From Chiloscyllium plagiosum (Eukaryota): a DNA stretch of 64,000 nucleotides. The stretch lies in assembly GCF_004010195.1 (NCBI RefSeq), contig NC_057719.1:55221077-55285076 (forward strand), read 5' to 3'. Below the pieces are notes generated by a model. The model made no database searches. It saw nothing but the letters and a program-made list of their open reading frames with translations, and had not been told where the DNA came from. The position numbers and the translations under genes were made by a program. Below, piece by piece: positions 24,291-37,889 of the stretch; the first letter of the stretch is position 1, and every line of letters begins with the position of its first letter.

Positions 24291-25374
24291 GAAAAAATCT
24301 TTGGTTAAGCCTCAGGCAGTTACTGCAGAGCTGAATGGATTAATAATTTGAAAAAAAGTTATTGGCTTAATCGGTAGGATTTAAGACTCAGAAGTAGAGT
24401 GAGGAAGGATTGAAAGAAGGTTAAACGAATTGAACATCAATTTGAGTAAAGAAAGAGAAATGGAGATGAACAATAAAATATGAAGTTTAAAAAGGGACAA
24501 AATGAAAAAGAAGGAAAAATATATGATTTTTGAATATGTACCAACGAACGAATGTCCCTTTAATGTGGTGCTAACGAAGGGAATTTGGTGAATGACAGGA
24601 TTTTCATGAAATGAGAGAAATCACAATTTTCTGGTTGTTTAAAAAGCATGAATTGAATGAGAAAGAAAGAGAGAGACAGACAGTGAGACCAGGCAGCAGC
24701 TGACATAACAAAATAGGGGGAGTAAGTAAAAAGTGTGTTTTTCAAAAAAAGGAAGCAGTGATAGCAGAGGATAGCAAGTGATCATTGCTTTGTGAGTTTT
24801 TAAGGTTTCTCTTTTTCTCTCTAGACAAGGACACTGTTTCCCATAATCAGCAATGGGAAACCATAAAATACTGTATTATATTTCGAGCTGAACTTAATTC
24901 ATAAAAATTCATTTGGAAGCATAAAACTGAATCATTAAGGGTATTAACACAGAGCAATCTTGGGGCGTTAATTAAAACAAATAATTTATACAAAGTACTA
25001 ACTCATTCATAAAAGAGGGAATAGGGATTTTCTTGTTAGATATGAATGGGGAAATCATGAAACCTATTGTTTGCAATTTCTTCACCATATGGGAATTCCA
25101 TGGCACTTCCTGGAGTCTTCAGCAAATCACAGGGTAAGCAGCAAGTTCAGGATTTCCCAGCTTGTGGGCGTCTGGAGCCATTGTGGAGGATCACAAAGGA
25201 TAATTGATTCTTGCATCAAATATTCCAAAAGGTAGCCTCCCTGCTGACAGGAGACAACATGTAAACTCCCAAGTTTCATACGGAGTTTGGTGGAATGTAA
25301 GCTTTGAGAAGAGGCTGCAAAGTGTTGGTGACAGAAAAACAACAGATAATAATTGGCATCAAGTGTAATGTGAG

Positions 25375-25645
25375 TCCTACCTGTCCACCTTCCTTCCCAA
25401 CTATCTGCTCCACCCTTCCCTATGACTTACCACCATCACCCCCCCCCCACCTCCATCCACCTATCAACTTCCCAGCTACCTTCCCACCCCCACCCTCCTA
25501 TTTACTTCCCAGGCCCCTTCCCCTCTCCCCGCCCACAAAAATGTTGATTCTCCTGCTCCTCAGATGCTGCCTGACCTGCTGTGCTTTTCCAGTGCCACAC
25601 TTTTTGAGTCTGATCTCCAGCATCTGCAGTCCTCACTTTCTCCTA
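25375..25645 (+). mobile_element. Penelope-like 3' remnant
   Basis: C-rich tract followed by gatgctgcctgacctgct...ccagcatctgcagtcctcactttc. Confidence 0.85.
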
Positions 25646-25689
25646 TATTGTGAGGAACAGACTTAAACAGCATGAAAGCTAATTCTGAA

Positions 25690-26700
25690 AATGACCAGGG
25701 ACACAGTGCAGATTATTAATAGAGTTGCTGACATTATGAATTTAATCCCTTTAGTAGAATAGACTACTGGAATATTTTTAAAAGGGGTGAAGATTTTAAG
25801 TCTTGATGCTGAGGTGAAGTTGGGTATACTCATATAAGGAATGCAGCAAGTTAACATACATCTATAACAAGGAATTAGGCAGGCAAATGGATAATGGTCT
25901 TTATTGCAAGGAGATTGAAGTTCAAAAATAAGGAATTAAAACAGAAAAGTCTGGAGAAACTTAACAGATCTGGTAGCATTTGTGGAGAGAGAAATTAACC
26001 ATTGGGTCCAATGATCTTTCTTTGGAATTGTTCCAAAGCAGAGTCATATTAACAACAAAAACAGAGATTGCTTGAAAATCTCAGCAGATCAGGCAGCAGC
26101 TTCTTCAGAATTGAGTCATACTGGGCTTCAAACCTTAACTCTGACTTTCTCCACTATTTTTTGTTTTTATTTCAAATTGTTGCATTTCGCTTTTATAAAC
26201 ATGAAGAAGGTTTGCAGGCTTTGGTGAGATTACTTCTGGCATGCTATGCAAAGTTTTGGCCTCCATATTAAAGGTAGGATATGGAGGCAATACAGTGAAG
26301 CCTCAGTAGATTGGTTGCAGGGCTGAGTGCATTCTCTGAAGGTAAGTTGAGTAATTTGAATCTATACTCTCTAGAACCTTGAAGAGTGAAATATATGACA
26401 TTCTGAAAGTGATTGAGAAGGTTGGCACTGAGAAGTTGCTTTCACTGCTGAGTAATTTGGAACACCATGGCACAGTGTCAGGATAATGGGTTGGTTAAAA
26501 CTGAGATGAAAGGTTGCTCCCCTTAAATAGTTACAAAAGTCTGGATTTTTATATTCCAGAGGATTGAAGATGACCATCATTGAATGCATTTGAGTCTGAG
26601 AAGGATTTTTTTTGTGTCACTCGGAAATCAAGAGAGATGGGGATTGGGTTTAGTTGAGGCAGAAGACCAACCAAGATCAAATTGAATAGCAGGATATGCT
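25690..26700 (+). mobile_element. Old CR1 fragment with nested PLE remnants (~25935-26190)
   Basis: aggcaaatgg..tttattgcaaggagattgaagttcaaaaataagg and ALVRLLLACYAKFWPPY. Confidence 0.65.
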
Positions 26701-28769
26701 TGATTCTTCATATTGTCTACACCTGTCCCAATTTCTAATGTTCTCATGTTCAAATGTCCTTATTCAATATGTTCTGTTGTTTCCCATCGGGAAATGGGTT
26801 GAAATAGCTCCTGAATTATTATTTTATAAATTTTCTTATGAACCTTTTTTTCTAAGCAATGAGGGAAACAGTCAACAGGCATTTTGAGTTAATTAGAAAA
26901 GTCAACACAGATTTGTGAAAGACAAATTGTTCTTGACCATTTTAATTAAATGTTTAATTACATGCTTCTATAGAGATACTAATGAAGTATTGAAGTAGCA
27001 TTTCTCTACAGGCAGCCAGCATAGATGCAAAGGTGGCCTCATTCTATCCTATAATGACTCAATGAGTGGGACTTGATGCTCCCTGGGTCAGTGAATTTGA
27101 AGGGATTGGGAGACTCATTAAAACCAGCTCTTGGCCTGCCTGCAATCTTACTGCCTAATCTCTACCCATGTTCCAATTTATGGGTAGCGTGGAATGGAGA
27201 CAGCAGGTGATGTGCCCGCCTTTAACCTAGTGGTCACCTAATTGCCTCACCCTTGATTACTTTACCCACTGCGGGTGTAGGCTCAAATGAAGCTGGCAGC
27301 TCAGCAGCTTTTATTTGGTGGACAAATGTCGAGCAGGAGTGGTCTCCCTGTGCCCATTGGAGGTATTTGTCCCCATGCACCTAAGACGATACCCATCCTT
27401 TAAATCAAATCTGGAAGAATGCTCAGTGACTTGGGCTCAGACCTACGCTCCATCACAAAGACCATGGGTGCTCAGTGTAAGGGGCAAGGAGAGGGAAAGC
27501 TGAGGCAGCTCAACCTCGTTCTGCATGACACTTCTTCCCAATGAGAAAGGATAGTGCCAGCAGGTGCCCACAGGGAGGAGAATCTGTCGATATACACCCC
27601 GGAGATTCTTCACAGGATATGTCAAAGGTGTCTCGATCATCCCCCATGCCAGTGCCAGTGACTCAATTTCCTCCAGTAGCTCAGGTCAAGGAGGGTGTGC
27701 ATGCTGGAGACTCTCTAAAACCAGACTGCCCAAAGTCTTCATGGTCTCCATGGTGTATCAGGCAGCAGGGGCTCTCTACTTCAGCTGTGCATGTTGGGCC
27801 TGCCCCTCACCATAGTGAGACATAGACAAAAAATATATTTATAAGTGCACATTGGTGGTACAGGTCCATTGTTGCATATAATCTACATATAAATGCACAT
27901 TCACTTGCACTGTTTTAATATCTGTCGGAGTCTTATTGTCTGAGTATGAATTGAAAGATGGGGAGCATCTTTAGCCAGCAAAAGAGTGTGCTGCATTTCA
28001 ATTGTGCACCTTGGAACCTCTCTCATAATCAACAAAGTGTGTGAATGGAGATTGCCTCACCCATAAGGGAACTACACACCTTAATGTTGGGGATCACAAT
28101 CGAAGCACTGGAGATAAATCCTGAGGACACTAGGGTAATGTCAAAGTCTAGGAGAGGAACAGAGGCTTGGGATGTCCAAATGGTGAATCCTGTACATTCA
28201 CTTCAAGTGGTGGTGGATTCTGTCATGAATCTAAGGCTCCAGGTTGTAAATATCTCTCTATTTCCTCTCAAAGCCACATTGGAACATTTAAGTCTGTGAG
28301 ATGAATAATAATAAAGTCACATGCCAATTTAACAGAATTGTGAAACTGAATGGAGGGAATGGATTCATAATTCATAGCCCACAGCATTGGTAGCATTGTG
28401 AGTGAGATTGCTTAGACATTGTAAGGCTACAACAAACACTCAAAGGTGTGTTACATTTTGCTTTACTGCAGGGCTAGTGAGGGTGTAAGAATCAATCTCA
28501 GTGTGTGGGACAACTTGATAGCATTCACAGAAAGTTCACTCCCTAATGTGACTTCTATGCTTTTGACCATTTTAATACACAAAGTCATGTAAGTGTTCAC
28601 ATATCACAGCGAATTTAGTGTTAATGTTGTTCCAGGACAAGGTTTCCATATGCACTCCAGCTTTCAAAGAGGTGAGACATCAAAACCATATTTGAAAGGA
28701 AAAGTCATCACTTTATTGCATGGATATATCAAGTAGAAAACCAACTTGATTTTTGAAGAATGTGGCATG

Positions 28770-29351
28770 TGTAACAATGCTGCTCCTTGAACAAGGTTAT
28801 GTTGTCCTTAGATTTTTTCAAAAGAGTTTGTAAAGGCAAAGGTTCCGATATGTCTGGAAATATCTACTTGAAAAGATTTTAAGGTTTTCATTGTACATGA
28901 TAGGGGAGTGGCCAGTTCTCCCAGTAGAGGGTTTTTTCTGGTTTGGCCTGGTTGGTCGGGTTTTAGCAAGCTGGTCTGTTTGAGGCTGCTGGTCAAAGTA
29001 ACAGCTCCATGCTGATCCTGACTCTCTGACATCTCTCCTGTAAGAACCTGTAACTGATTTTACCTTTTTATGCCAAGCAGATGTTTATGGAATGTTGCAA
29101 GTATTCAGAACAGCATCACCAAGTTGTGATAGAGTCAACTGGGTTTTTAGATAGGTTAATTTAATCTAAATTTGGTTCTCTGCTGTTCATGCTTCATTTA
29201 GTAGTCTGTAAATAAATTCTGCTTTGTTTAAAACTGAGTGATTGCATCACTACTGGAATATGCACTGTTGCCTGCTTAATGCAGATAGAAAAATTAGGGT
29301 CAAGGCTACCTTCTTGAAATGTTTTGAGGGGATCTGGCTTGGTCCATTACA
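28770..29351 (+). mobile_element. Solo LTR with 4-bp TSD
   Basis: TGTAA...TTACA termini, CATG on both sides (28766-28769, 29352-29355), internal AATAAA near 29210. Confidence 0.85.
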
Positions 29352-29539
29352 CATGCAACAAGCATAGGGCTGACATCAAATTATGCAACGGAAATAAGAG
29401 AAAGCACCTCAACCCATCATGCAAATGGATGGCTATAAAGTTGTCTCTGGCCTCTCTGGTTCAGTGGACCATTTCTCTTCATCTCCCTCTAATAGCTATC
29501 TTGGTCCTAATAATCTTTAGCTAATGTTTCTCCTCATAA

Positions 29540-30800
29540 ATTTGACTTTACTTTTGCATCTCCCCCTCAGCCAACTTGTCCACTAATTGGTGAAGCAGGA
29601 AGCTCATCACTATGATGTGGGACAAGCTGTCTGAGGTATATTTCAGGGCACTGCCTGAGGTCCAGATATTAGAGCCCCATCTTCAGCAGGTCTATGATTT
29701 ATATAATGACTGTGATTGAAACATGGGCAGCATTGTATTTCTCCTTGTCAGAGGGCTGAGGATTTCTTCAAGGTGTCACTGACCAGCTGCGGGAGGAGGT
29801 ATCCCTTGTCACCCAGGGTATAGAGACACTTTAAAAAAGGCTGGCACCTGCAAGTGATAAAGGCTGAATGAATCATTGCAGGTCCCTGGATATCTAGCAT
29901 GTACCTACAGTAGGTAAAGGGCAGCATGGTAGCTTAGTGGTTAGCACTGCTGCCTCACACTACCAGGGACCTGGGTACATTCCAGCCATGGGTAACTATC
30001 TGTGTGGAGTTTGCACATTCTCCCCATGTCTGCAAGTGTTTCTTCCAGGTGCTCCAGTTTCCTCCCACAGTCTAAACATGTGCAGGTTGGGTGTTGGTGA
30101 TAAGAAACCATCCTTTCAAGAGCTAGAGCAATGCAGAATGCTATCCTGGTGGCCCTAAAAATATTAGCTGCCTTTAATTTCTTTGCCAATGGATTATTTC
30201 AAGGAGCAACTGGGGATCCTAGGGTATTAAGTCATAGGCTTCAACTCATATGTTGGAGCCATATGAGAAATTCAGGGTTACAAGAGTGGAGTAGGGGGGG
30301 TCTGGGTGGGATGCTCTTCGGAAGGGCTGTATGGACCAGATGGGCCGAATGGCCTGCATCCACACTGTAGGGATTCTATGTTATCTGTCTGATGACAAAT
30401 GGATTGAAACTTAAGAGAGTGAATCCTTTTTCTGTTCACAAAGACTGCTGGTTCCTGGCAAGGTGCCCTCATTATTATGGGGCTTCAATTGTTTGCACGC
30501 TGCTTGTATGAGAAGCTAGTGATGAGCATCCTAATGCCCCAACTGCCTGATTCCCGAACAAGATAAACAATGGACTTTAACAAATAGAGCATCTGTGACC
30601 TTCTCAACACATATTTGAGTTGAAGGCTGTGTCTTAACACAGGGGTCCCCAGTTACTCCCTGAAATAATCCACTGGCAAAGATATTAAAAGCTGCTGGTA
30701 TTTTTAGGGCTACCAGGATTGTATTCTGCATTGCTCCAGCTCTTGAGACGATGGTTTCTTATTACCAACAGTATGGAGATTCAGAAGCATCTACGACTAT
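29540..30800 (-). pseudogene. Decayed Harbinger (HARBI1-like DDE) transposase, split by a SINE
   Basis: Motifs in order on the minus strand: VALKIPAAFNIFASGLFQGVTGD, APCQEPAVFVNRKRIHSL, HARYPGTCNDSF, LGDKGY, DLLKMG. Confidence 0.85.
29919..30380 (+). mobile_element. HE1-type SINE carrying an internal ~165-bp foreign insert (30092-30255)
   Basis: tRNA-like head ttagtggttagcactgctgcctcac; 3' end gggccgaatggcctg..cacactgtagggattctatg. Confidence 0.85.
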
Positions 30801-32519
30801 TGGATTACATTCTCGCCTGGCAAAACTTATCATATAGACATTAGCCAACCTGACCTCATGTGAGATAGCCCAAGGGAATCAATGACCATTTCATTGCCAC
30901 CCAGTCCTTGGGACAACAAGTCCACAAGCCAAGTAAGTGTGACAAGATAACTTGGAAAAATCTGGTTCTCACTCATTGGCAGACAGCTGCTGTGAAACTT
31001 GGAGAGCATGTTTTTCACAAGAACTGTCCTCTTCCATGGTGGCTCTTGTCCTGTTGCATCTCCCTCAGGAGGCTATCTGGTAGCTGGAGGTGGCCACTGC
31101 TGCTGATGCTACGGTTGTCTCTGCTGGTTCCTGTGGTGGTTCCTGTGTAGTAGCATTATATATGAACAAATAGAACTGCTAGGTTGATCTCTGTGTGCGT
31201 CTTCCACTTTCAGCAAATATGTGGTAACATTAAGTGAGACTACACGGTCTTACTGAGGACAGGCTTTAGGCCTGACATCATTCCCCATGAAGCTCTGGCT
31301 TTGCCCTCACAGAGATTACTCTCATATCTAACAGGAAAATTTTGAGTGGATGTTTCTTGCTCTATTGACCCTTTTTGACCTGAGACATAACAATCAGGCC
31401 ATAATAAACTCTTGCTCAATTTTTCAGGAGATCAGCTCAGGATTGAATGGCATGAGATACTGTTAAAAGAACAAATCATTTGAAACAAATTAAACTGAAT
31501 TGAATGAAATTAATAAGGTACAACCCCTTGAGAAATCCTATAACAAAAACCAAATCAATGTGACAAATTTTGATTTAAAATGCCATGTTGGATGGAAATA
31601 ATGGACACGAGGCCCCATTCTTCTCCTCCCCTATTGTATTTCAATCCCTGTTTCTTTGATGAACCTTTAACTTCCTCCTGTTTTGTTGAGACCTTTATGT
31701 CACATCAATGTCTTAAACCCTCCCCGTATCAAGACTAGAGTGACTATGGCTTTCCTTGAGAGCCTATCCCTTTGAGACTGTGCAGGCTCCTCCCTGATTC
31801 TGCTATTTTCAATTTTCTTCTGTGACTGTAAACATCCCCTCACGGCCAGTGAATACAATCAAATCAATTACCACACTTGAACTACCTGCAGTCTTGACAG
31901 CAGCATGGACAGGCAAAAAGCCATATCTTCAGATTATGGGCAGCTTCACCACCCCCTCCCCGGCTGACAGCAGTCATCTGGTCCAAAACGATCGTGTAGG
32001 TTAGCTGTGGCTAACCGTGTCCCATCCCCTGGCCTGAAAGTGCAAGACGTCTTTAACTCAACATTCAGCAAGACCCAAGACGTTGATGCATGATTTCCAG
32101 AATTGACCCTGACTCAAAAAAGGGTTTTCTCAGCTGTTCTTTCTCTCTGTTAAAGGGCTGTGTCCCAAGTGAACTCCAAACAATGCCCATTACAGTAATA
32201 ACGCCTCAGCAGTTGATTTCCAGTAATCTAGCAGTTAGCTGAAGATGTATGACTTCAATTAAATTGAGGAGCTCTTCAGGTATGGCTATTTGGTTAGCTT
32301 GAACGGAGTGTTTTATTAATGTGTTTTTTGCTTTAAAAAAAGGGTGTCTCACTATCCTTTCTATGGGCTGTCAAAATAAAGCAGTCCAGGTATCTCTTCT
32401 CAAATGTATCACTTTTCTAAAAAAAAGCTTGTTCAAATCCATGCATAAATTAACATTCAGATATATGTGGAACCGAGGAAACCAACATCTCTAACTAACC
32501 CCACTTAGGACATGGAGAA

Positions 32520-33478
32520 GTATATAGCCTAACCTCGGTCATGGGTAAGATCCACTGTAAAGGATGAGATTTCTAAATACTTGGAGTGTACAGTAAAATA
32601 GGGCAAAGTCAGTATGGTTTCATCAAAAGGAGGTCATGCCTGACAAATCTGCTAGAATTCTTTGAAGAGGTAACAAGCAGGTTAGACCAGGGAGAGCCAA
32701 TGGATGTTATCTACCTAGACTTCAAAAAGGCCTTTGACAAGGTGCCTGACAGGGGTGCAAAGAGACTAGGCAGTTCTCGTCCAGGATTCTCTCAAGGTAA
32801 ACTTGCAGGTTGAGTCAGTAGCTAGGAAGGCAAATGCAATGATGGCATTAATTTTGAGAGGATTTAAATAAAAAAGCAGGGATGTACTTCTGAGGCTTTA
32901 TAAGGTTCTGGTCAGACATATTTGGAGTATTGTGTGCAGTGTTGGGCCCTATATATCAGGAAGGATGTACTGGCGTTGGGGTGTGTTCAGAGGAGGTTCA
33001 CGAGAACGGTCCCAGGAATGAAAGATTTAACATATTAGGAACATTTGAGGACTTTGGATCTATACTCAATGGAGTTTAAAAGGATGAGGGGGGGGGGGGG
33101 ATCTAATTGAAACATATAGAATACTGAATGACCTGGACAAAGTGGATGCTGAAAGATTTTTCCATTGGCAGGAGAGACTAGGACCTGAGGGCACATCCTG
33201 AAGTAAAGGGAAGACCTTTTAGAATGGAGATAAGGAGAAACTTCTTCTGCCAGCGAGTGGTAAATCTATGGGATTCAGTGCCACAGAAGGTAGTGGAGGC
33301 CAGATCATTGAGTGTATTTAATATTGAGATAGTAAGGTTCTTGAGTATCAAGGCAATCAAAGGTTATGGGGAGAAAGCGGGAGAATAGGGTTGAGAAATT
33401 TATCAGCTATCATGGAATGGCGGAGCAGACTCAATGGGCTGAATGGCTTAATTTCAGCGCTAATATCTTAGGGTCTAA
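32520..33478 (+). mobile_element. CR1 RT and 3' fragment with internal deletion
   Basis: GQSQYGFIKRRSCLTNLLEFFEEVT..DVIYLDFKKAFDKVP, then a jump to the C-terminal region and 3' UTR. Confidence 0.92.
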
Positions 33479-33879
33479 TTTATTTGATGGAACAGTTAAT
33501 TTAAGCTCTTCCTAAAATTTAAATCAGAAATTATATATGCTGTATCTTGGATTAGCAGCATATAATCCACAATTGTATGCAAGCTATCTCCATGTGCTGT
33601 ATGAATGTTCACAATGTATTTTCTGTAAGATAAATTGTTTGCTTATTCTGACCAATTTTACAAGACGTAATTATAAACCGTTTCTGGCATCAAATAAATA
33701 TGCCATACAGAAAGTAAGGAAAATATGTCTGTATCTGGAAAAACTGGATTAAAGGCTTTTGACAGAAAATGATTTATCTCAGAATTACAGCTATACCCTA
33801 TTTTCTGGTCAGTCTGATTAATCAAAACCAAATCCTATTCTGCATTATTTACTTTAGTGATATGTGTGAAGAAGATGGT

Positions 33880-34240
33880 GAGCCTGAAGTCAGTGGTGGA
33901 CAAGTCGTTGGAGCAGCTTCTGAGAGACAGGATTTAAATATACTTGAAAAGGCAAGGACTGATTAGGGATAGTCAACATGGATTTGTGCGTGGGAAACTG
34001 TATCTCACGAACTTGCTTGAGTTCTTTGAAGAAGTGACAAAGAAGATTGATGAAAGCGGAGCAGTGGATATTATCTGTGTGGGCTTCAGCAAGACATTCA
34101 TTAAGGCTCCGCATGGTAGACTGGTTAGCAAGGTGACATTATGTGGAAATCAGAGAGAGCTCGTCGTTGGGATACAAAATTTGCTTGAAGGTAGGAGACG
34201 GGGGTGATAGTGGAGGGTTGAATTTTGGACTGGAGGCCTG
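33880..34240 (+). mobile_element. CR1 RT fragment
   Basis: LIRDSQHGFVRGKLYLTNLLEFFEEVT. Confidence 0.9.
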
Positions 34241-34244
34241 ATCA

Positions 34245-34562
34245 CACTCTCTTCCACCGTCTTTGTTGTGCAGAATATATAAAATTTGAATATACATATA
34301 AACGGATTCAAGAACAGATTCTTTCCTGCTGTCATCAGATTTTTGAGTGGCCCTTGGAAATGTTAATATTGATTTCTCTCTCTGCATCTTCTCTGCAATT
34401 GTAATAATTGTAACACTCTTTTCATGCTGTGTATCTCTATGACTCTATGACTCTGTTCTGTTAACTGATGCATTTTGTATGGTACAATCTGCCTGTACAG
34501 CATGTAAAACAACACTTTTCACTGCATCTTGGTGCATGTGACAATATAAATCAAATCAAATA
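34245..34562 (+). mobile_element. Rex1/Babar-like LINE 3' end
   Basis: GFKNRFFPAVIRFL resembles RFKNSFFPxxIRLLN; tail (aaatc)n. Confidence 0.55.
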
Positions 34563-34809
34563 TCCAGAAGTGCCAATATGCTGCAGTCTTGACACATCAC
34601 CTGAACGACCAACTTTTATGAGTTGTACTTATTTAACTATATTCGCTTACATCTGTTGTGTGTTATATATGTTATTAACTTTATCACTATTTATTTTGTG
34701 GTTAGTGTTAAAATTTAAAAACACTAAAGATTATACCACTTACCCAAGACTTTCAAAACAATTAGCTCCTTTAGCAGAAGGAGAACAAGAAACAAACTTA
34801 TGAATCTAC

Positions 34810-35560
34810 CTTGATTCCAAAGTGCCTGCCATGGGCTCTTTTTTTCTGCTCCTCTTGGTAATGCTGAATCTCTATTTAGGTATCCTCACCTTGCCTGTTC
34901 CCCTCAATGATGCTGCCTATTTGTCTTAGGGTTCTCACCATACTCAGTCTTTGAAATGGTGCACATTGGTTATCTCAGGCTCATTTTTCTGGTCCTCTTC
35001 ATTGATCAAATGTTGTTTCATTGTTGTTTTAGTATTGGCATATGTTTCTGTCAACCATCAGGAGGTATCACTATTCCCTTAGTGCAACAATCAATGTTTA
35101 GGGCTTCATGTTATGTTTATGACTACCTTTGAAGCAGAACCTTTTGGATGTTTGGCTGGTCATTAGGCTGTGGTTGCCATCACAATACAGAAAATCCAGC
35201 TACCTCTGTTTGATGATTGCCAACAAATTTGGAATCTCTGCCTTTTTGAAAGATGCCACATTTGGGTTTTTGTCCTACCAGGGTTTGTCTACAATGCATC
35301 ACAGATACTGAAGGTTGACTAGCAAGCTTCATATTTTACAGCCACACAACAAGATGCCAGAAACACAAGCCACATAAATGCCAGCATGGTCCTAAGGGTC
35401 AGCATGATGATTGCGCATATCATGAGTTTGTTAAAGTTGGTGTTTGTTTTCCCTGAATGCATCAATGGCTAGATTGTCTATCATAATGGAGAAAGCATCT
35501 CAGAATTTGCCAATACTTCCAACATCTTTGTGGCTTCAACTGATAAATGTTCTTCCAAGC
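34810..35560 (-). mobile_element. Old RTE-clade LINE remnant
   Basis: Minus strand LTLRTMLAF../..LLCGCKI and W*DKNPN resemble the RTE C-terminal region. Confidence 0.45.
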
Positions 35561-36777
35561 TCTCAAGTACATTTTCCAATATAAATTAGGAAATGTTGTA
35601 TATAATAATGTCATAAGTCGCAAGCAATGCATAACTACTTTCCTCCTTGGGTTAATTCTTCTGTGTATCTTGCAGCGTTTTGTTGGTTTTCCAGATTGTC
35701 ACGCGCTGATATATTGTTAATGGAGTTGTATTGCTAATAAAGTAACATGCAATAAATGTTTTATTTTTGCTGTGTTGCTCAGTTATCTCAAAGCACCACC
35801 TGCAGAAGCACAGCAAAGCACTTGCATAATATAATGATCACGAGTATTCCCTGCTTTCAAATTTCAATTTGCATCTATGGATAATAATTTGGCCTTTAAA
35901 ATCTGTAACATTTAGTCCAGACTGATAAAGTTTAATTTGGGAAGCATTCCATTTTGTAATGTTTCAATAAGAGCAGTTTGGTATCTGTGATCCTTCCTGC
36001 CAATTGTATATTGAGTTCTGCTCAGTACAATGTTATAATAGCATGGACTTAAATCACTTTAGGAAATATAATTGGGCTACAATGTGCAATTATGTGGGCT
36101 AAGTGAGAAAATGGTGTGGCAGAGTATTACTGAATACTTTAATCGGCCAGATGTTCATTCTCAAACAACGCTGCCATGTGATCCGTTTGGAGGTGTATGA
36201 TTGAAGCCTTAATGTACTGGCTAGATCACATGATCATATAACATGTATCTCTGGTGCAAGTACCTTTGTGTGCAATCTGGGTCAAACATTAAACGCATTG
36301 CTTATAACATGGTGTCAGAAATTGTACAGCTGAAAATGAGTGGATTTTCAGAACTGCAGGAAAACCAGCTACTGCAAAAACATCAACAGCAAGAAATGTC
36401 CTGTCGAAAATATATTAGGATCTGCTGAGTTGTAAGAGAGTTAGTGACTGAAAGAAGCAGCATGGAAGAAGCAAAAGCAGTCTATAACTTTAAATTAGTA
36501 AATAAGTCAGTATGGCTATGCACTTTCAAATTCCTGCTGCTATAGAAATCTAAAGCGATGTGAGACAGATTGGATTTTTTAGATTGTTTTTCCAGTCTTT
36601 GTGACAAAACTATGAAATAGCAACAGAAATAAAAAACAAGTTGATCATATAAAAGTTACAACTCTGTTATCAGTGCTGATGGAAGAGTGCTATAGTTGTG
36701 TTAACAGCCCAACTTGTCTAAGAAATATTCAACTTTCAATTTTACCAAACGAGCTCATTATTGAGAACAACCAATGT

Positions 36778-37500
36778 AGTCATATAGATGGACGACATGG
36801 ATATAGACCCTTCGATCCAGCTCATCCATGCCGACCAGATATCCCAAATTAATGTAGTCCCATTTGCCAGCACTATCTCTCTAAATCCTTCCTATTCATA
36901 TACTCATCCAGATGCCTTTTAAATGTTGTAATTGTATCAGCCTCCACCACTTCCTCTGGCAGCTCATTCCATACATGCATGAGAAAGTTGCCCCTTAGGT
37001 CTCTTTTAAATCTTTCCCCTCACACCTTAAACCTATGCCCTCTCGTTCTGAACTCCCCCACCCCAGGGACAAGACCTTGTCTATTTACCGTATCCATGCC
37101 CCTCATGATTTTATAAACCCCTCAGCCTTCGGTGCTCCAGGGAAAACAGCCTCAGCCTATTCAGCCTCTCCCTATAGGTGAAACCCTCCAACCCTGGCAA
37201 CATCATTGTAAATCTTTTCTGAACCCTTTCAAGTTTCACAACATCCTTCTGATAGGAGGGAGACCAGAATTGCACACCATATTCCAAAAGTGGCCTCACC
37301 ATTGTCCTGTACAGCTGTGACATGACCTCCCAACTCCTTTACTCAATGCTCTGACCAATAAAGGAAAGCATACTAAATGCCTTCTTCACTACCTATCTAC
37401 CTGTGACTCCACTTTCAAGGAACTATGAACCTGCACTCCAAGGTCTCTTTGTTCAAGAAACTATGAACCTGCACTGCAAGGTTTCTTTGGCCTTACCATT
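36778..37500 (-). mobile_element. CR1 3' fragment
   Basis: LYRTMVRPLLEYGVQFWSPSYQKDVVKLERVQKRFT. Confidence 0.93.
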
Positions 37501-37889
37501 ACCAGAGAAATCAAAATTGAGTTCACCAGTTGCCCCAAAGGATCTTCACATCGCATACAATGAGGGTGCATTCCATGGCTTCCAGCCAAACATACTGCTC
37601 GTCCATGGACATTTGCACCTGGCATTTACCAACTGCTCATGACCATCATGGCACCTCTCTAATGCACTGGCAGTGCACCCTGGAAGGAATGGCAAACAAT
37701 ATGCTATGTTTGATAAGACTGAGGTGAGAATTCCTCCCAACAAGTTTGATGTGTCTCACACCTAGCCAAGGAAACATAAGTTTCAGTCCTGTTGTTTTGC
37801 CAACCACTGAGCCAAAAACTGCTAAACAGCTTCTAAATAATTGCAAAGTTTATTTTTGCAAGTCTTGGATGTTTTCTTGGTGAATATTA

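Noticed and set aside
31559..32351. Possible solo LTR
   Set aside because: TG..CA ends can be chosen but no matching TSD; left unclassified
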